From Pocillopora damicornis (lineage: Eukaryota), in contig NW_020847484.1 in NCBI RefSeq assembly GCF_003704095.1, forward strand, positions 434,001-498,000: a DNA stretch of 64,000 nt. Reading direction: 5' to 3'. The translations under genes and the position numbers were made by a program. Each line of letters opens with the position of its first letter. Position 1 is the stretch's first letter. A model generated the notes under the pieces. That model had not been told where the DNA came from, ran no database searches, and worked only from the letters and a program-made list of their open reading frames with translations. Positions 61,515-64,000 of the stretch are shown in pieces.

Positions 61515-64000
61515 TCCGGATGAGCTTAAACACGGTTAAGAGTTCTGCACCGTCCCACAAATGAAAAGCTATCCGAGACAAAGTAATCACAAGGTAACAC
61601 CCAGATGTAAAAAGAAGAGCTATAAATTACGTTGTTAACTTGCAAAGGAAAATATGTTAACCTTGACAGATATGACACCTGCTCCTTGCCAAAAGAAAGA
61701 AGGCGCACTAATACGCAATGCTACATCTGAGTCTCTAGGCGCACTTTTTAATATTTTATGTACAGTAAAATAAGAGTGAGGAAATTGCGTAACAAGGGAC
61801 TTCTTCGTTAATCACCGAATTGAAAATATCTCAGCATGTAATAACACGAAGGAGGAGCAATTTTATGATGAATCAATTGAAAATGTTCTTCAGTTCTGTG
61901 AAAGAAAATTTTCTTGGTGACGACAAGAAGGAAAGTCAATGGGCAGTAACATTCAATCAACCGATACTTAAGATGAAAAGCCTTTCGTCCGAGTTCCAAC
62001 GTTTTTCCAAAGGAAGCTATAACGTCTTCTTTTCTTCCCTTTTTTTCTGCGGTTTGTTTTTGCTTAAAATTATGAAACAAAAGGAGTGTTAAACTAATTT
62101 TGTCTGAAAGTCTAAGAGTCTAATGAATATATCCAGATATCCACAAATTATTATTTACTCGTGTTCGCAATAAATTTTGACAAAATGTCTCTCAAAACTT
62201 AATCATCGTTCATATCTCAGAATTTTCGGAAGCATTTATTTAAACGACAACAAATAAAAACCTAAAAAACGATCAAGGAGAGAACAAATGTTGTGTATGC
62301 GTGACTCTCTAATCTTATGCAAGTAAACACAATAGTCTTTGAGGTAAGAAAATGAAAAAAATAATAACCATCAACTCTGCATTAATTTACCTAAAAGTGC
62401 TTGAACTGTGTAATATTCTTAACTCACAAAAAAGTATTTATATTTGTTACACCATAAATATTGGCAAATTTTAGAAACTAATGCATGCTGTTAGAGTACA
62501 GTATAATCAATTCGTTCAGTCAAAGCGATTAGTGTTAGAATTCAGTTAGAAATTTGAATAAAGTGTACGACTGTTATTAATAGATGAAAATTCGCCTTCA
62601 TGGGTGTTCTTTGGACCAAAAGTAACGCAGTTATTTAAAGAATAGCTCGGAAATATAACTGCTGTCCTACTCGATTTTTTTACCCTGGTCAGAGCTGAAG
62701 GTTTCAATTGTGGATTTACCATGACTTCTAAGATCTATCGGTTGGCTTTTAATAATAATTTCGACTTCATCAAATGTGGATACAACTGCGCTCATTTTCA
62801 CAATCCAAATACAAAAAGCAGTTTGATATATGTGCTGGTCTTTCTGCTCACTGTGCTGGGGCAGTTGCGTCGCAAGAAAAACTTCCATTAAACTATAAGG
62901 GAGGTACACTGATGAACAATGCATTTATCGTTAAAATAATGTGTTTGATCGATCGGTGCAATTAAGCTAATTATTACTTTATACATCAATATTACGTAGT
63001 CCTTTTCAGTCTTCCTGTGTGTCCCCACACCTAAATTAATTTTGAAAGTCTCAATCACTTACACGTGCAGGGTCGGCTCTTTTGTTCGTAATTATTCTCG
63101 CAGCAAACCAATAGCAAATGTCCAAATGCGTCCCTCGCAAAAACACTTCACTCTTAGGGGTTTCTTTAACACGCGGTATTCAAAGACGCGAAACCGTTTT
63201 TAAATTGTATGTATTTTGTCCCTTTCGAAGGAAGGGCCACATCGATTTAGGGTTTCCACTCTAACGACTTTGCGAAGTAGCGTTAATATAGGGGTTAGAT
63301 GAAACAAAAAATTAGTGTCACATGAAGTGTGTCGAGGTAATTTTACAGATAACAGGTCTGGTGAGAAAGTTCCAGGGTGTGCAACACTAATACAAACGTC
63401 AATCTGCACATGAATTTGAGGATCAGAATTCGCAGGTTGTCAGCTTAGAGTTAAGGCGCAATGATATGGTCAGAATCGGGACCTCACTCAACGCGTTTTG
63501 TTTTAATAGATCTCTTTGGCTAACTTTTCCAATAAAATTTTCATTGTGTGAAATTAATAAGGAAATTTACTTTTATCACTTGTTTTCATAACAAATTTCT
63601 TTCGTCGTATTCTCTTCAGCACTGATGACTGATGGACAAGCTTGATAAGGCTTTCAACGTAAGAGCTTTATCAGTTATGTCCCGGTGGTGTTGAAAGACA
63701 CGTGTTCCATTAAATTTGTTAAGTCTACAAAGCTACTTTTCAATTTTATAGTTTACAAAAAGAATTTACACGAAACGAAAACAGATACCTTCAATGAGAG
63801 CTTGTGCATTCAGTATTTCAAATTTCAGGCGACTATGCATGGTTTTTGTTTACTCTTCACAACCCATACTGCCTGTTGTGCATATCATTTTAACACAAAG
63901 AATGTTCAGTTAATTTTTCTTTGCAGCACTAATTTCATGGTAGTTTTCTAAAGGGGGCCTGCCTTTTAACAAGAAATGTTAGAGAAGCGAGGAAGGTTTC

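Noticed and set aside
750-63951. The many short antisense or intronic ORFs of 60-120 aa in the track
   Set aside because: They are shadows of real exons or chance ORFs with non-ATG starts and no motifs.

Overview
This is eukaryotic (animal) genomic DNA: AT-rich, full of spliceosomal introns, with four assembly gaps. The repeat families and gene content suggest a cnidarian, probably a scleractinian coral (inference). Manual splicing yields eight protein-coding genes. (1) The 3' 15 exons of a large low-complexity orphan protein. (2) A secreted-type flavin polyamine oxidase. (3) A class A GPCR with an intronless CDS. (4) LRGUK, 18 exons. (5) A galactose-3-O-sulfotransferase. (6) A 21-exon C3orf20/FAM194-domain gene. 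(7) A fungal/Dictyostelium-type GH13 alpha-amylase. (8) A Fez-family zinc-finger factor with an N-terminal SNAG motif. The ORF track misses several signals: three minor-spliceosome (U12-type) introns, two of them in one gene; a Scratch-domain-like motif in the SNAG-Fez protein; RFX X-box-like motifs upstream of two cilia/sperm-type genes; a ~400-bp near-perfect hairpin; and an ~11-kb gene-free stretch that appears to hold decayed paralogous exons on both strands. No prokaryotic system, CRISPR array, rRNA or intact tRNA was found. Family assignments rest on recalled motifs, not database searches.
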